From Bacteroidales bacterium (lineage in GTDB: Bacteria; Bacteroidota; Bacteroidia; Bacteroidales; UBA10428), in the NCBI GenBank assembly GCA_030626465.1, contig DAOUOU010000003.1, forward strand, positions 1 to 33,262: a DNA stretch of 33,262 nucleotides, in the 5' to 3' direction. Shown here in pieces: positions 10,429 through 20,578 of this stretch. The translations under genes and the position numbers were made by a program. How positions within the stretch are numbered: position 1 is the first letter of the stretch; every line of letters starts with the position of its first letter. Under the pieces are notes generated by a model that was given only the letters and a program-made list of their open reading frames with translations, searched no databases and had not been told where the DNA came from.

Positions 10429-11757
10429 ATGAGTAAAATAGAAGTTATATTACCAGCAATGGGAGAAGGAATTATTGAGGCCACCATTACGAAGTGGTTG
10501 GTCGAGGAAGGTAAATTTGTTCATGAAGATGAATCCTTGCTGGAAATTGCTACAGACAAAGTTGATTCAGAGATACCTGCTCCTGCATCGGGCATGCTTT
10601 CGCGCATCATTTATCGTGAAGGTGAAATACCAAAAGTTGGAGAAGTTCTGGCAATAATTGAGAGCGGGATCGAAAAAAAAATCGTTATTACAGAAGAAAA
10701 AACAGATACAGACATTGGAGATAATACAATTTTTAAAGAGGTGGCAGATAATGAGATCCTTCCTGATAAACCTGTTATTTCGAGCTCAGAATCAAAAAAA
10801 ATCAGATCCTCATCTGAGGATCTGATTTTGACTCCTTTTATACGTTTTCTTGCCAAGAACCGTGGAATCACATTCGAAGAACTTAGGCAAATAAAAGGTA
10901 CTGGGCTTAACGGACGTATTACAAAAGCAGATTTAACTTCCTATATTGTTTCAGGAAGAAGCTATCAGGCGGTTAGATCAGCAGACTTTTCCAGGGAGCA
11001 AGTATCAAAAACTGTGCAGAAGGAAAACAAACAGGAGGAGTACAACATAGGTCCCGGCGAAGAACTGATAGAAATGGATCGCACGCGAAAGTTAATTGCT
11101 GAGCACATGGTACGTTCCAAACGAATTTCCCCACATGTAACCTCTACAGTTGAAGTTGATGTAACCTCCCTTGTCCTATGGCGGAACAAGAATAAAGATA
11201 ACTTTTCTAAGAAGTATGGAGTTAAGCTAACATTTACACCAACAGTTGTTTATGCTGCCGTAAAAGCATTGAAAGAATTTCCGGACATTAATATCTCGGT
11301 TTCCGGTCATTCTATTATTCGCAAGAAATATATTAACATTGGTGTGGCAACAGCATTACCTGATGGAAACCTGATCGTACCGGTGATAAAAGATGCCGAT
11401 AAACGGAATTTTGCAAACATTGCTCTTCAGGTTGCTGATTTAGCATCAAAAGCCAGGCAAAGCAAACTAAAACCATCTGATATCAAAGGAGGTACATTCA
11501 CCATTACAAATATGGGAAGGTATGATAATATTTCAGGCACTCCAATAATCAATCAACCCGAAGTTGCGATATTAGCTGTGGGAGCTATAAAAAGAAAGCC
11601 TGCTGTTGTAATAAATAATGGCACGGAAACACTGGGGATTCGCGATATCATGGTATTATCCCTGACTTATGATCACAGGGTTGTGGATGGTTCTTTAGGT
11701 GGCTCATTTGTTCAGACTCTGGGAAAATATTTAACCAAAGAACTGCCTGAGTATTAG
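10429..11757 (+). CDS. 2-oxo-acid dehydrogenase E2 (dihydrolipoamide acyltransferase)
   Basis: Lipoyl motif IATDKVDSEIPAP; E3-binding motif IKGTGLNGRITKAD; GGTFTITN, PIINQPEVAIL and catalytic TYDHRVVDG. Confidence 0.96.
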   Translation: MSKIEVILPAMGEGIIEATITKWLVEEGKFVHEDESLLEIATDKVDSEIPAPASGMLSRIIYREGEIPKVGEVLAIIESGIEKKIVITEEKTDTDIGDNTIFKEVADNEILPDKPVISSSESKKIRSSSEDLILTPFIRFLAKNRGITFEELRQIKGTGLNGRITKADLTSYIVSGRSYQAVRSADFSREQVSKTVQKENKQEEYNIGPGEELIEMDRTRKLIAEHMVRSKRISPHVTSTVEVDVTSLVLWRNKNKDNFSKKYGVKLTFTPTVVYAAVKALKEFPDINISVSGHSIIRKKYINIGVATALPDGNLIVPVIKDADKRNFANIALQVADLASKARQSKLKPSDIKGGTFTITNMGRYDNISGTPIINQPEVAILAVGAIKRKPAVVINNGTETLGIRDIMVLSLTYDHRVVDGSLGGSFVQTLGKYLTKELPEY

Positions 11758-11843
11758 TATTGGTACACAAAAGTTAGAATGATCTTTCTACTATATATGG
11801 TTACTCTCGTAAAATAATCATTATGTGCATTACAAATTATTTT

Positions 11844-11851
11844 TAAATTTG
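11844..11851 (+). promoter_or_regulatory. Putative -7 promoter element for TPR-PD40 paralogs 1 and 2
   Basis: TAAATTTG, 25 nt before ATG 11877. Confidence 0.5.
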
Positions 11852-11876
11852 TTAAAAACCAACCAATCTTTAAAAG

Positions 11877-14800
11877 ATGAGGATTAACTATCAGTTTTTG
11901 TCTCTCATTTCCATTGCCTCCCTAATTTGCTTTAATGCGATTACTCAGGAGGTAATCAATACCAAAGAATTATTTATTGAGGCTGAATCTTATTTTCTGT
12001 TTGAAGAATACAGGGATGCATTACCCTTGTACCAGAAGATAATACGTACAGAACCAAATAATTATAATGTTCTCTTCAAAATTGGAGTATGTTATCTCAA
12101 CGATACCTATTTGGCAAATAAATCTTTGCAATACCTTAAACAATCTGCTGAAAACATCAATCTTAAATACAAGCGGAATAACTTTCGAGAGAAACAAGCT
12201 CCTCTTGAAGCCCTTTATTATTTTGGCAGAGCTTACCATATCAACAATATGCTTGACGAAGCCATTGAAAGTTATCAGCGTTTTAAAAATCTTGCACATC
12301 CTGATGAATTTGACATAGATATTGTCAATGAAGATATAAATGCCTGTCAGGTTGCAAAAAAGATGCTTGGCAATCCTGTATTTTTCTCACCTATAAATAT
12401 GGGTAATACAATTAATTCAAGGTTTGAAGAGATCAATCCGGTTGTTTCCGGCGATGGGAAAACATTAATATTTACAAGAAAACTACAGTTCTATGATGGG
12501 GTATTTTTAAGCAAGAAAGATGACAATGGAAATTGGTATGAACTCATAAATCTAACTTCTGATTTTGGATTGGATGGGAATACTTACTCATGCGGAATTT
12601 CCTATTTTGGAGATGAAATTTTTGTGTATCGAAGTGACAATTATGACGGTAATATTTATTCCAGCAAACTTGTTGGAGATAATTGGGGAAGATTAATCAA
12701 ATTGAACTTTAACATCAACACCAAATTCTGGGAATCGCATGCAACTCCTTCACCAGACGGACAATACCTATATTTCACTTCAAATCGTACCGGCGGATAT
12801 GGAGGCCTTGATATTTATAAATCAAAGAAAGGCGCAAAAGGAGAGTGGGGATCTGCAGTAAACCTTGGCCCGGTTATTAACTCTCCTTATAATGAAGACA
12901 CACCTTTTTTAAGTAACGAAGGATATACAATTTTTTTTAGTTCTCAAGGGCATGAAACAATGGGAGGTTATGATATTTTTGTAAGCAATTTAAAGAGCAA
13001 TGGTACCTGGAGTAAACCAAAAAATATGGGTTCTCCGGTTAATACTACCAACGACGATTTATTTTATAATCCGATAGGAGTAAATTCTTTTGGTTACTAT
13101 TCCTTGTTTGATGAATCAAGTTCTTTTGGCATGTTGGACATTTATAAGATTGAAGTGTATAATGAGATGATTCCTCGAAGTTTTGAGGTAAAGGGACAGT
13201 TAAACGTTGCTGATGCCAGTTCGAGATTTTATAAAAAGCTTACTGCAAAACTTATTGATACAGAAACAAGGGAAATAGTTAACGAAACCATGGTTGAAGG
13301 AGACGGGAGTATTTCATTACCCGCCTCACAGGGCGCATATATTTTAGTAATTGAGGGGCAGGAAGTTGAATCTTACCAGAAAGAAATAATCCTTTCCCTT
13401 ACACAACCTGAGACAATTGTTGTTTTGCCTGCAATGAATTTAGTGAAAACTGACAGTAAAACACCTCCTGTAGAAATTGGATCACCAGTAAAAGAAAAGA
13501 TAGTAGCAAAAAGCGATTTCTATGCAGTAAGTGATTCAAGTGTTGTTCCTATTTCCCTTATCATTCCAAAAGGATCCGATTTGAATATTGAGGTTTCGGT
13601 TAACGACAGATTTGGCTATTCAGAACGGTTAGAATCTGTTAATAAGAGATTTACATATTTCTACAAACCAAAACCAGGAGAAAATCTATTAAAGTTTACG
13701 GCTACTGATAAAGATGGAGTTATTTCTTCAACAGAAGTTGTAGTTACCTATTATTTGCCTTATGTGGCTGAAAAAGAAATTAAATTACAGGAAAAGGAAG
13801 CTATTCTGTCGTTGTATGCCAAATCGTTTGATTTGTTAGCAGTAGGAGCATTGCAGGAGTATTTGCATGAGATAGAAACCTCTGATTTCAAGAGCTATTA
13901 CCATTTGTATACTCATCTTTTAGAAGTATCAGAGGAAAAGGGATTTATAAAGAAAGATATTGACGAGGTCTTTTCCATATATTTTACACAAAAGAGCATT
14001 ATACTATTCGATCTGGAGCTTAAAAAAGCATATTCAGAACAAGACAGTAATTGGCAACGTGTTCTTGATAGTTCAACTATCCCTATAATCTATATTCAAA
14101 CTCTTCTAAAGAAAAAACTTGTTTTAGAAAAGAACATACAGGAAGCATTACTGAAAATTGTATCAGATAAATTTGAGAGTGGTAAAGAGACATACAATTA
14201 TCTGTTAGGATTTCATAGGAATACAGATGAGTTTTCCATAAAAGACATTGATATGGCAACATCCGTTCAGGCCTGGGAATTGCTTTCAAACAATATTGGT
14301 GATAAGGATGCTTATTCCTTACTTCAACTGGCATCTACTACCGAAGGCCTGGATTATTTTTACCAGAATTTATTAGCAGCTTCAACAGATAGTTTGCATG
14401 ATTATCTGACAAGTATACAATTTGAACCTCTGGGGATTAATAATTCGGTTGATTTGACCGAACATTTGTTTGATATTGCATCCCAGGGAAGCTTTACTTT
14501 GGCAGAACTTATTAAAATTCTGGAACTGGTCTCAAATAATAAAAAGTATTATTTGAATTCTTTTAACGAGGTACTTACCAATAGTGCAAGAGGCACTTTA
14601 AAATCACAACTTTTACTGCTTAATATGGATGAAAAGCAGATTCACAGTTACGAAGGATTATTGCGGTATCTTGTTGAACAATCCCAACATAAAGATTTCT
14701 CAAGAGAAGAAGTGTATAACTTACTTCTCGAATTGATAGGTATTACAGATATTAATGTATTTGCACATAAAATAAAATCTTATAGTATTGCCTCAATCAA

Positions 14801-15083
14801 TAAGGCTCTTGCAGATACTTCATTAAAATATTTTTCAAATCCATTTGAGCTATTGCAATATCTTTTAGTTTCGGTTCAGGATTACGACTTCACTGAGTCT
14901 GATATCAATAATTTACTCATAAGAATGATTTTGGAACGTGGACTTGCAGAGGGAATTGATAAAAATTATGATGTGGATGAAAAGAAAATTTGGAAGAACA
15001 AGAATTTCCTGACATCCATTATCTTAGTAAATATCGTAATATTGATATTAATTATTCTCCTATCCCGACGTAGAAAAAAATAA
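11877..15083 (+). CDS. TPR-PD40 (PorE-like) protein with beta-sandwich domains, helical repeats and a C-terminal TM anchor; no OmpA domain
   Basis: Signal peptide; TPRs; PD40 repeats (SPDGQYLYFTSNRTGGYGGLDIY, NLGPVINSPYNEDTPF, MGGYDIF); Ig-like KPGENLLKFTATD; C-terminal FLTSIILVNIVILILIILL followed by SRRRKK. Confidence 0.85.
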   Translation: MRINYQFLSLISIASLICFNAITQEVINTKELFIEAESYFLFEEYRDALPLYQKIIRTEPNNYNVLFKIGVCYLNDTYLANKSLQYLKQSAENINLKYKRNNFREKQAPLEALYYFGRAYHINNMLDEAIESYQRFKNLAHPDEFDIDIVNEDINACQVAKKMLGNPVFFSPINMGNTINSRFEEINPVVSGDGKTLIFTRKLQFYDGVFLSKKDDNGNWYELINLTSDFGLDGNTYSCGISYFGDEIFVYRSDNYDGNIYSSKLVGDNWGRLIKLNFNINTKFWESHATPSPDGQYLYFTSNRTGGYGGLDIYKSKKGAKGEWGSAVNLGPVINSPYNEDTPFLSNEGYTIFFSSQGHETMGGYDIFVSNLKSNGTWSKPKNMGSPVNTTNDDLFYNPIGVNSFGYYSLFDESSSFGMLDIYKIEVYNEMIPRSFEVKGQLNVADASSRFYKKLTAKLIDTETREIVNETMVEGDGSISLPASQGAYILVIEGQEVESYQKEIILSLTQPETIVVLPAMNLVKTDSKTPPVEIGSPVKEKIVAKSDFYAVSDSSVVPISLIIPKGSDLNIEVSVNDRFGYSERLESVNKRFTYFYKPKPGENLLKFTATDKDGVISSTEVVVTYYLPYVAEKEIKLQEKEAILSLYAKSFDLLAVGALQEYLHEIETSDFKSYYHLYTHLLEVSEEKGFIKKDIDEVFSIYFTQKSIILFDLELKKAYSEQDSNWQRVLDSSTIPIIYIQTLLKKKLVLEKNIQEALLKIVSDKFESGKETYNYLLGFHRNTDEFSIKDIDMATSVQAWELLSNNIGDKDAYSLLQLASTTEGLDYFYQNLLAASTDSLHDYLTSIQFEPLGINNSVDLTEHLFDIASQGSFTLAELIKILELVSNNKKYYLNSFNEVLTNSARGTLKSQLLLLNMDEKQIHSYEGLLRYLVEQSQHKDFSREEVYNLLLELIGITDINVFAHKIKSYSIASINKALADTSLKYFSNPFELLQYLLVSVQDYDFTESDINNLLIRMILERGLAEGIDKNYDVDEKKIWKNKNFLTSIILVNIVILILIILLSRRRKK

Positions 15084-15094
15084 TAGCCAAGTAT

Positions 15095-17104
15095 ATGAAA
15101 TATTGCCTATATTCAGCACTAGTACTCATCTTACAGACAATTTTTATTGTAGATATTCCCGCTCAAATCTGGCTTTCAAATAAGGATATATATAATGAGG
15201 CAGAAGAATACCTGCACGCCAATGAATACATAGAGGCTCTGCCTCTTTATATGTTACTTGAGAAAAAAGAAGTAATAAATGCCAATATCTCTTATAAAAT
15301 TGGTATATGTTATTTGAATATCCGGGGTAAAAAGAATAGGTCAATTCCATATCTGGAAAGTGCCAGCCAAAATGTAAGGTATGATTATCAAAATACTGTT
15401 GAGGAAACAAATGCTCCGCTCAAGGCGATTCTCTTATTAGGTGTAGCATACAGAATAAATAACGAACTAAAAAAAGCGATTAAAACTTTTGAATCACTTC
15501 GAGATAAGGTGGCAATTAGTGACTCGGAGCTGGATGCAATAATCGATATGCATATCAAACGATGCGAAAATGCTATTCTTCTGGGTGCTTTCCCGGGAGA
15601 ACCGCGTACTGAGAAACTTCCGGATCATATAAATAATGAATTTTCAAATTTCAATCCTGTTTTGGTTGACCATGACAGAGTATTGTACTATATGGAAGAA
15701 CTGAAGTTTTATGATGCTTTAATGCGTGTGGAAAGTGATAATGATAGTTGGGGTATGCCTGAAAACTTAACACCAAAAATTGGAAGTGATGGGGATCATA
15801 TACTTGTTGGTGCATCATCCGATGGAAAAACATTGCTGCTATACATATATGAAGCCCTGAAGGCAGGTGAAATTTACTCCATTCAATTTGCTGATGGTGG
15901 CTGGTCTAAACTAAAGCCACTGAATAAAAATATTAACACAAAGTATCACGAAACACATGCCAGTTATTCGGCAAAGAATGAGACCCTGTATTTTACAAGT
16001 AATCGTCCCGAAGGTTATGGAGGCTTGGATATTTATATGTCAAAACTTGACGAAAATAACAACTGGGGACCTGCGGTAAATCTGGGACCAATTATTAATA
16101 CCCCCTACAACGAAGAAACTCCCATTATCAATAACGATGATAATATTCTGTATTTTAGTTCACAGGGGCATCTGAATATGGGAGGATACGATGTTTTTCA
16201 TTCCTTGCGTAAAGAAAAAAACGAGTGGAGACAACCGATCAATATGGGATCGCCGGTATCAACAACCGATGATGACCTTTTTTATTTTCCTCTTGAAAGT
16301 GGTATTTCCGGATTAATGTCACGTCTGGAAGAGTCCAATTCAACTGCATACGACATATACCGTTACAATAGCATGGTGTTTGCAAATTCTCCCCGGTTTG
16401 ATGTAAGGGGAAAAGTACAATCGGTTGATAGTTCAAATTACATAGATCACCAGGTAATAGTTGTTAATAATGAAACATCAGACACACTTATAAGCAGAAT
16501 TCCTGAACCGGATGGAAATTACGAAATATTATTGCCTGCAGGAAATTTTTCGATTCTTGTTTTTGATCAGAAGGGAAATATTAGTTCCGGCACGGTAATT
16601 CTCGAAGATGGAGATACCGAGAAGGAAGTAATTACAGGAACTCTCGCTCAAAGGGTTGATAGTATTGAATCAGAGGAAATAAGAAGAGATACCGTGTATC
16701 TAAAACATTTGCTTTTTGGTTTTGATAATCATGTATTTTCAACCGTATACAAGAATTATCTCGATACCATAATCAGTATTATGCACAAATATCCCTCTCT
16801 TGTAATTAACATTGAAGGATATACAGATGCAATTGGTAGCGAGAATTATAATCTTTATCTTTCAAGGCGACGGGCAAACGCCGTTGCCAGATATCTCCTT
16901 TCTGATAATATTGGCCAGGAAAGGATTAAGGTTATAGCCCATGGAGAATCCAATCCGATTGCAATTAACACAAATACAGATGGGACTGATTGTTCTGATG
17001 GACGAAGATATAACAGAAGAGTTGAACTCGTACCTCAACAGGATACATCAGAAGTTATCTTTGTTATAGAGATTCATATGCCTGAAAGACTAAAACAGAA
17101 GTAA
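15095..17104 (+). CDS. TPR-PD40-carboxypeptidase-regulatory-like-OmpA protein (PorE-like architecture)
   Basis: Signal peptide IPA-Q; TPR; PD40 (LYFTSNRPEGYGGLDIY); DGNYEILLPAG; OmpA C-terminal motifs LLFGFD, IEGYTDAIGSENYNLYLSRRRA and NRRVE. Confidence 0.92.
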   Translation: MKYCLYSALVLILQTIFIVDIPAQIWLSNKDIYNEAEEYLHANEYIEALPLYMLLEKKEVINANISYKIGICYLNIRGKKNRSIPYLESASQNVRYDYQNTVEETNAPLKAILLLGVAYRINNELKKAIKTFESLRDKVAISDSELDAIIDMHIKRCENAILLGAFPGEPRTEKLPDHINNEFSNFNPVLVDHDRVLYYMEELKFYDALMRVESDNDSWGMPENLTPKIGSDGDHILVGASSDGKTLLLYIYEALKAGEIYSIQFADGGWSKLKPLNKNINTKYHETHASYSAKNETLYFTSNRPEGYGGLDIYMSKLDENNNWGPAVNLGPIINTPYNEETPIINNDDNILYFSSQGHLNMGGYDVFHSLRKEKNEWRQPINMGSPVSTTDDDLFYFPLESGISGLMSRLEESNSTAYDIYRYNSMVFANSPRFDVRGKVQSVDSSNYIDHQVIVVNNETSDTLISRIPEPDGNYEILLPAGNFSILVFDQKGNISSGTVILEDGDTEKEVITGTLAQRVDSIESEEIRRDTVYLKHLLFGFDNHVFSTVYKNYLDTIISIMHKYPSLVINIEGYTDAIGSENYNLYLSRRRANAVARYLLSDNIGQERIKVIAHGESNPIAINTNTDGTDCSDGRRYNRRVELVPQQDTSEVIFVIEIHMPERLKQK

Positions 17105-17223
17105 CAAATTCAGAATTCAAGATATTTGTATCAATCTTATCTCAACTTTTTTTATTAATTTAATGGTGTTAACATGGAATGAAATTGTTAATAGAGTGAT
17201 CTGTTTTATTCATGTTATTGATT

Positions 17224-17231
17224 TAAATTTG
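17224..17231 (+). promoter_or_regulatory. Putative -7 promoter element for paralog 3
   Basis: TAAATTTG, 16 nt before ATG 17248. Confidence 0.5.
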
Positions 17232-17247
17232 AATAAAATCCATCCTG

Positions 17248-19110
17248 ATGAAAAGGCTGATTATTATCTTAATACTGGTTCATTATGTGGGATTCAGTTC
17301 TTTTGGGCAAAAAAGTGAAAGTGAAATTGCTTTGAAAGAATATTTTATCGATGCTGAGTTTTTTCTTGCTCAGGAATTCTATATAGACGCGCTTAACGAT
17401 TATTTACAGGTTTACAGAAGAGGGTATGATAATAATGCAAATATCAATTACAGAATAGGTATCTGTTATTTGAATATTCCGGGGCAAAAAGAAAAATCCA
17501 TTCAGTATTTTGAAACTGCTAAAACATCAGTATCTGCAAAATATCGTGAAAGTAGCCTTAAAGAAAAGAATGCTGCCATTGATGTTTATCTATACCTTGG
17601 TAATGCTTATAGGGTAAACAACAGATTGGATGATGCTATTCGTTCTTATAAAGAATATAAGAAACTTTTGCCCGAGAATGAATCAAATTTGCATAAATAT
17701 GCTGACCAGCAGATTGAGGCCTGCAATATTGCCAGCGAATTCATGAAACATCCGATAGATGTTGAATTTTCTAATCTTGGTCCTGTTATCAATAACAGTG
17801 GTGAAAACTACAAAGCTGTGGTTTCAGGAGACGGATCAGTTCTTGTTTATATGAATCGGTTGCCTTTTTATGATGCGGTATCTTTTTCCAGGAATATTGG
17901 TGGAGAGTGGTCAGAACCTGAAAATATTACGCCTCAGATAATGTCTGATGGAAACCAATTTGTCACTTCTTTATCGTATGATGGCACCATGCTCCTTCTT
18001 ACAAAGGAAGATGAATTCAATAGTGATGTACTTGTCAGTCATTATGTAGATAACAGATGGACAAAATCTGAACTCCTGGGCTCAAACATTAATACAAAAT
18101 ACTGGGAGTCTCATGCCTGCATTTCAAAAGATGGTAAAACACTTTATTTTACAAGTAACCGCAAAGGAGGAATAGGAGACATGGACATCTATGTTTCTCA
18201 TCTGACCGCAGAGGGGAAGTGGGGACCGGCGATAAATCTGGGCACTGACATTAACACCAAACTTAATGAAGATACTCCATTTATTACTGAAGATGGTCAA
18301 CAACTTTATTTTGGCTCACAGGGATTTACAAGCATGGGAGGTTATGATATATTTGAATCAAAATTGGAAGGTGAGGGGAAATGGTCTGTACCTGAGAATC
18401 TGGGTTTTCCGATAAACACAACAGATGATGATTTGTTTTACTATCCTTGGAACAATGGTGTAGTGGCATACATGGAAAAAATACAAGAGGATAGTTATGG
18501 TGCTACCGATATATATAAAGTTATATATCCTTTAAAAATCGATGAAAGTATTGCACAACAAGTTATTCCTGTTGATACAAAACCTGATACGACAACCGGG
18601 ATCATTCCGGCACCATTGACAGAGATGCCGGAATCTTCCGAAATTAGAGAAGAACCTGAGCAGACGCTTGAAATAGCGGAGGTTAAAACCATTGCTATTT
18701 CTCCCGTCTTTTTTGGCTTTGATAAATCGATTCTAACTGAAAAGGGCAAGGAAGAATTACACAAGATCGTTGATTTGCTCAGGCAAAATTCGCATATACG
18801 TGTAGAACTGATTGGGTATACTGATCCTTTAGGACCAGCTTATTATAACGTAAGATTGGCAGAAAAAAGAGCAGTATCAGCCATGAATTTCCTTATTGAA
18901 CAGGGGATTGATGCTGATCGGCTAAAAGCAATTGGAAAAGGTGAAGTTGATTTTATCGCAGTGAACACCAATAAAGACGGATCAGATAATAGTAAGGGCA
19001 GAAAATACAATCGCAGAGTCGAATTTGAGATAACAGGTGTTGATAACAATACCTTAATTATAAAGCGGATTGATCCGGTGCCAGAGCATTTGAAAATTCA
19101 ACAGAAATAA
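17248..19110 (+). CDS. TPR-PD40-OmpA protein (PorE-like) with a Pro/Thr/Glu-rich linker
   Basis: Signal peptide SFG-Q; TPR; PD40 (SKDGKTLYFTSNRKGGIGDMDIY); linker DTKPDTTTGIIPAPLTEMPESSE; OmpA motifs VFFGFDK, GYTDPLG and NRRVE. Confidence 0.92.
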   Translation: MKRLIIILILVHYVGFSSFGQKSESEIALKEYFIDAEFFLAQEFYIDALNDYLQVYRRGYDNNANINYRIGICYLNIPGQKEKSIQYFETAKTSVSAKYRESSLKEKNAAIDVYLYLGNAYRVNNRLDDAIRSYKEYKKLLPENESNLHKYADQQIEACNIASEFMKHPIDVEFSNLGPVINNSGENYKAVVSGDGSVLVYMNRLPFYDAVSFSRNIGGEWSEPENITPQIMSDGNQFVTSLSYDGTMLLLTKEDEFNSDVLVSHYVDNRWTKSELLGSNINTKYWESHACISKDGKTLYFTSNRKGGIGDMDIYVSHLTAEGKWGPAINLGTDINTKLNEDTPFITEDGQQLYFGSQGFTSMGGYDIFESKLEGEGKWSVPENLGFPINTTDDDLFYYPWNNGVVAYMEKIQEDSYGATDIYKVIYPLKIDESIAQQVIPVDTKPDTTTGIIPAPLTEMPESSEIREEPEQTLEIAEVKTIAISPVFFGFDKSILTEKGKEELHKIVDLLRQNSHIRVELIGYTDPLGPAYYNVRLAEKRAVSAMNFLIEQGIDADRLKAIGKGEVDFIAVNTNKDGSDNSKGRKYNRRVEFEITGVDNNTLIIKRIDPVPEHLKIQQK

Positions 19111-19116
19111 ATAAAT

Positions 19117-19143
19117 GAGCTGTCTTTCTACCAGACAGCTTTT
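19117..19143 (+). terminator. Intrinsic terminator
   Basis: Stem AGCTGTCT (19118-25), 7-nt loop, AGACAGCT (19133-40), then TTT; directly after the stop at 19110. Confidence 0.7.
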
Positions 19144-19230
19144 GTTATTCATTGCCAATTGAGCTCTTAATAAATCGGTATACATTTTGCTGCCTTTTTT
19201 TTATTTTTGAATTAACCAAACTTGCTATCG

Positions 19231-20562
19231 ATGAAAATGTTTCTTTCATGCCTGTTTATAGCATTCGTTATAGGCTTTACTACAATACAGACTTTTTGCC
19301 AAAATGATAATGCAATTAGTGAAAACTTTAGAGAAGGTGAGTATTTCTTTAAAAGGGGAGAATATAAAAATGCAGTGATGTATTATATCAAACTGGTAGC
19401 AATAGACTCGCTTAATTCAAATTATAATTTTAAGGTTGGAGAATGTTATCTGAATATTCCTTCAAAGGAGCATCTTGCAATACCTTATTTTGAAGTAGCG
19501 GTAAAAAATGTTGTACCAAAGAAAAAGTATAAGAGAAGGTCGCAGGAAGAAAGGAACGCTCCATTGCATGCATATTTTTATCTGGGCAATGCTTATCGTA
19601 TCAATAACAAATTGGATAAGGCTTTGGAGAGCTATGCAAAGTTTATTGATTCTCCCTTTTTTTGGGGCAACTATAATCCGGGTATTGTCGAGCGGGAAAT
19701 CAAGTCCTGCGAAAGAGCAAAAATTATTCAAGATGCTCCTATTGAATATGAAAAAATAAATCTTGGAGAGGCAATTAATTCGCGTTTCTCAGAAGAAAGA
19801 CCTGTTGTATCGGGTGACGGGAATACACTAGTATTCATAAGACGCTTACAATTCTACGATGCTATATTTTACTCTGTGAAGGAGAATGGCAAATGGCGAA
19901 AAGCGAAAAATATTAATCCGCAAATTTTATCTGATGGTGAATTCTACCCTTCAGGGTTATCGCACGATGGAAGTCAATTGCTATTAATAAAAAAAGAATC
20001 AGAGACAAGCAATATTTATATTTCGTATCTTGAAGTAGACAACTGGTCAGAAGCCATAGAAGCAGATAATAATCTGAATTCAAATTCATCCGAAATACAT
20101 GCAAGTTTCGATCGGGAAGGAAATACTATTTATATAACTAGCAACAGATCAAAGAGCAAAGGTGGTTATGATATTTTTAAATCGAAACTTACTTCAAAAG
20201 GAACATGGAGCAAGCCTAAGAATCTGGGGAAGACAATTAATTCCGAATTCAATGAACAGGGAGCATATAATTATTCAATTCCCGGCGTACTCTTTTTTTC
20301 CTCCAAAGGGCATTATAACATGGGAGGCTTTGACATCTTTTATAGCAGAAGAACAGGTAAGAAATGGTCCATACCGGTAAACATTGGATATCCAATTAAT
20401 GATACTCGTGACAATCTGAATTATTGTCCTTCAGAGAAACTGAAAGAAGGATATTATGCTATCAATGATTCCCAAGGACTTGGCCAGTCTGATATATTTC
20501 TTATAAAAATTAAATCACTAAGTGTGTTGAATTTTGAACTGGAAGATGAGAAGGAACAATGA
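19231..20562 (+). CDS. TPR-PD40 protein without any C-terminal anchor domain
   Basis: ATG 19231 (alternative TTG 19222); signal peptide TFC-Q; same TPR and PD40 motifs as the upstream paralogs; ends just after the last blade. TATTTTTG -7 element at 19202-19209. Confidence 0.88.
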   Translation: MKMFLSCLFIAFVIGFTTIQTFCQNDNAISENFREGEYFFKRGEYKNAVMYYIKLVAIDSLNSNYNFKVGECYLNIPSKEHLAIPYFEVAVKNVVPKKKYKRRSQEERNAPLHAYFYLGNAYRINNKLDKALESYAKFIDSPFFWGNYNPGIVEREIKSCERAKIIQDAPIEYEKINLGEAINSRFSEERPVVSGDGNTLVFIRRLQFYDAIFYSVKENGKWRKAKNINPQILSDGEFYPSGLSHDGSQLLLIKKESETSNIYISYLEVDNWSEAIEADNNLNSNSSEIHASFDREGNTIYITSNRSKSKGGYDIFKSKLTSKGTWSKPKNLGKTINSEFNEQGAYNYSIPGVLFFSSKGHYNMGGFDIFYSRRTGKKWSIPVNIGYPINDTRDNLNYCPSEKLKEGYYAINDSQGLGQSDIFLIKIKSLSVLNFELEDEKEQ

Positions 20563-20578
20563 AGCATAAGTACCAGAA

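Noticed and set aside
14980-15083. C-terminal TM plus basic tail as a rhombosortase/exosortase signal processed by the rhomboid at 27773
   Set aside because: No GlyGly, PEP or LPxTG-like motif precedes the helix, and the rhomboid is over 12 kb away next to holA.
16960-17030. NxDGxD loop in both OmpA domains as a novel Ca-binding motif
   Set aside because: Similar inserts before GRxxNRRVE are common in OmpA-like domains.
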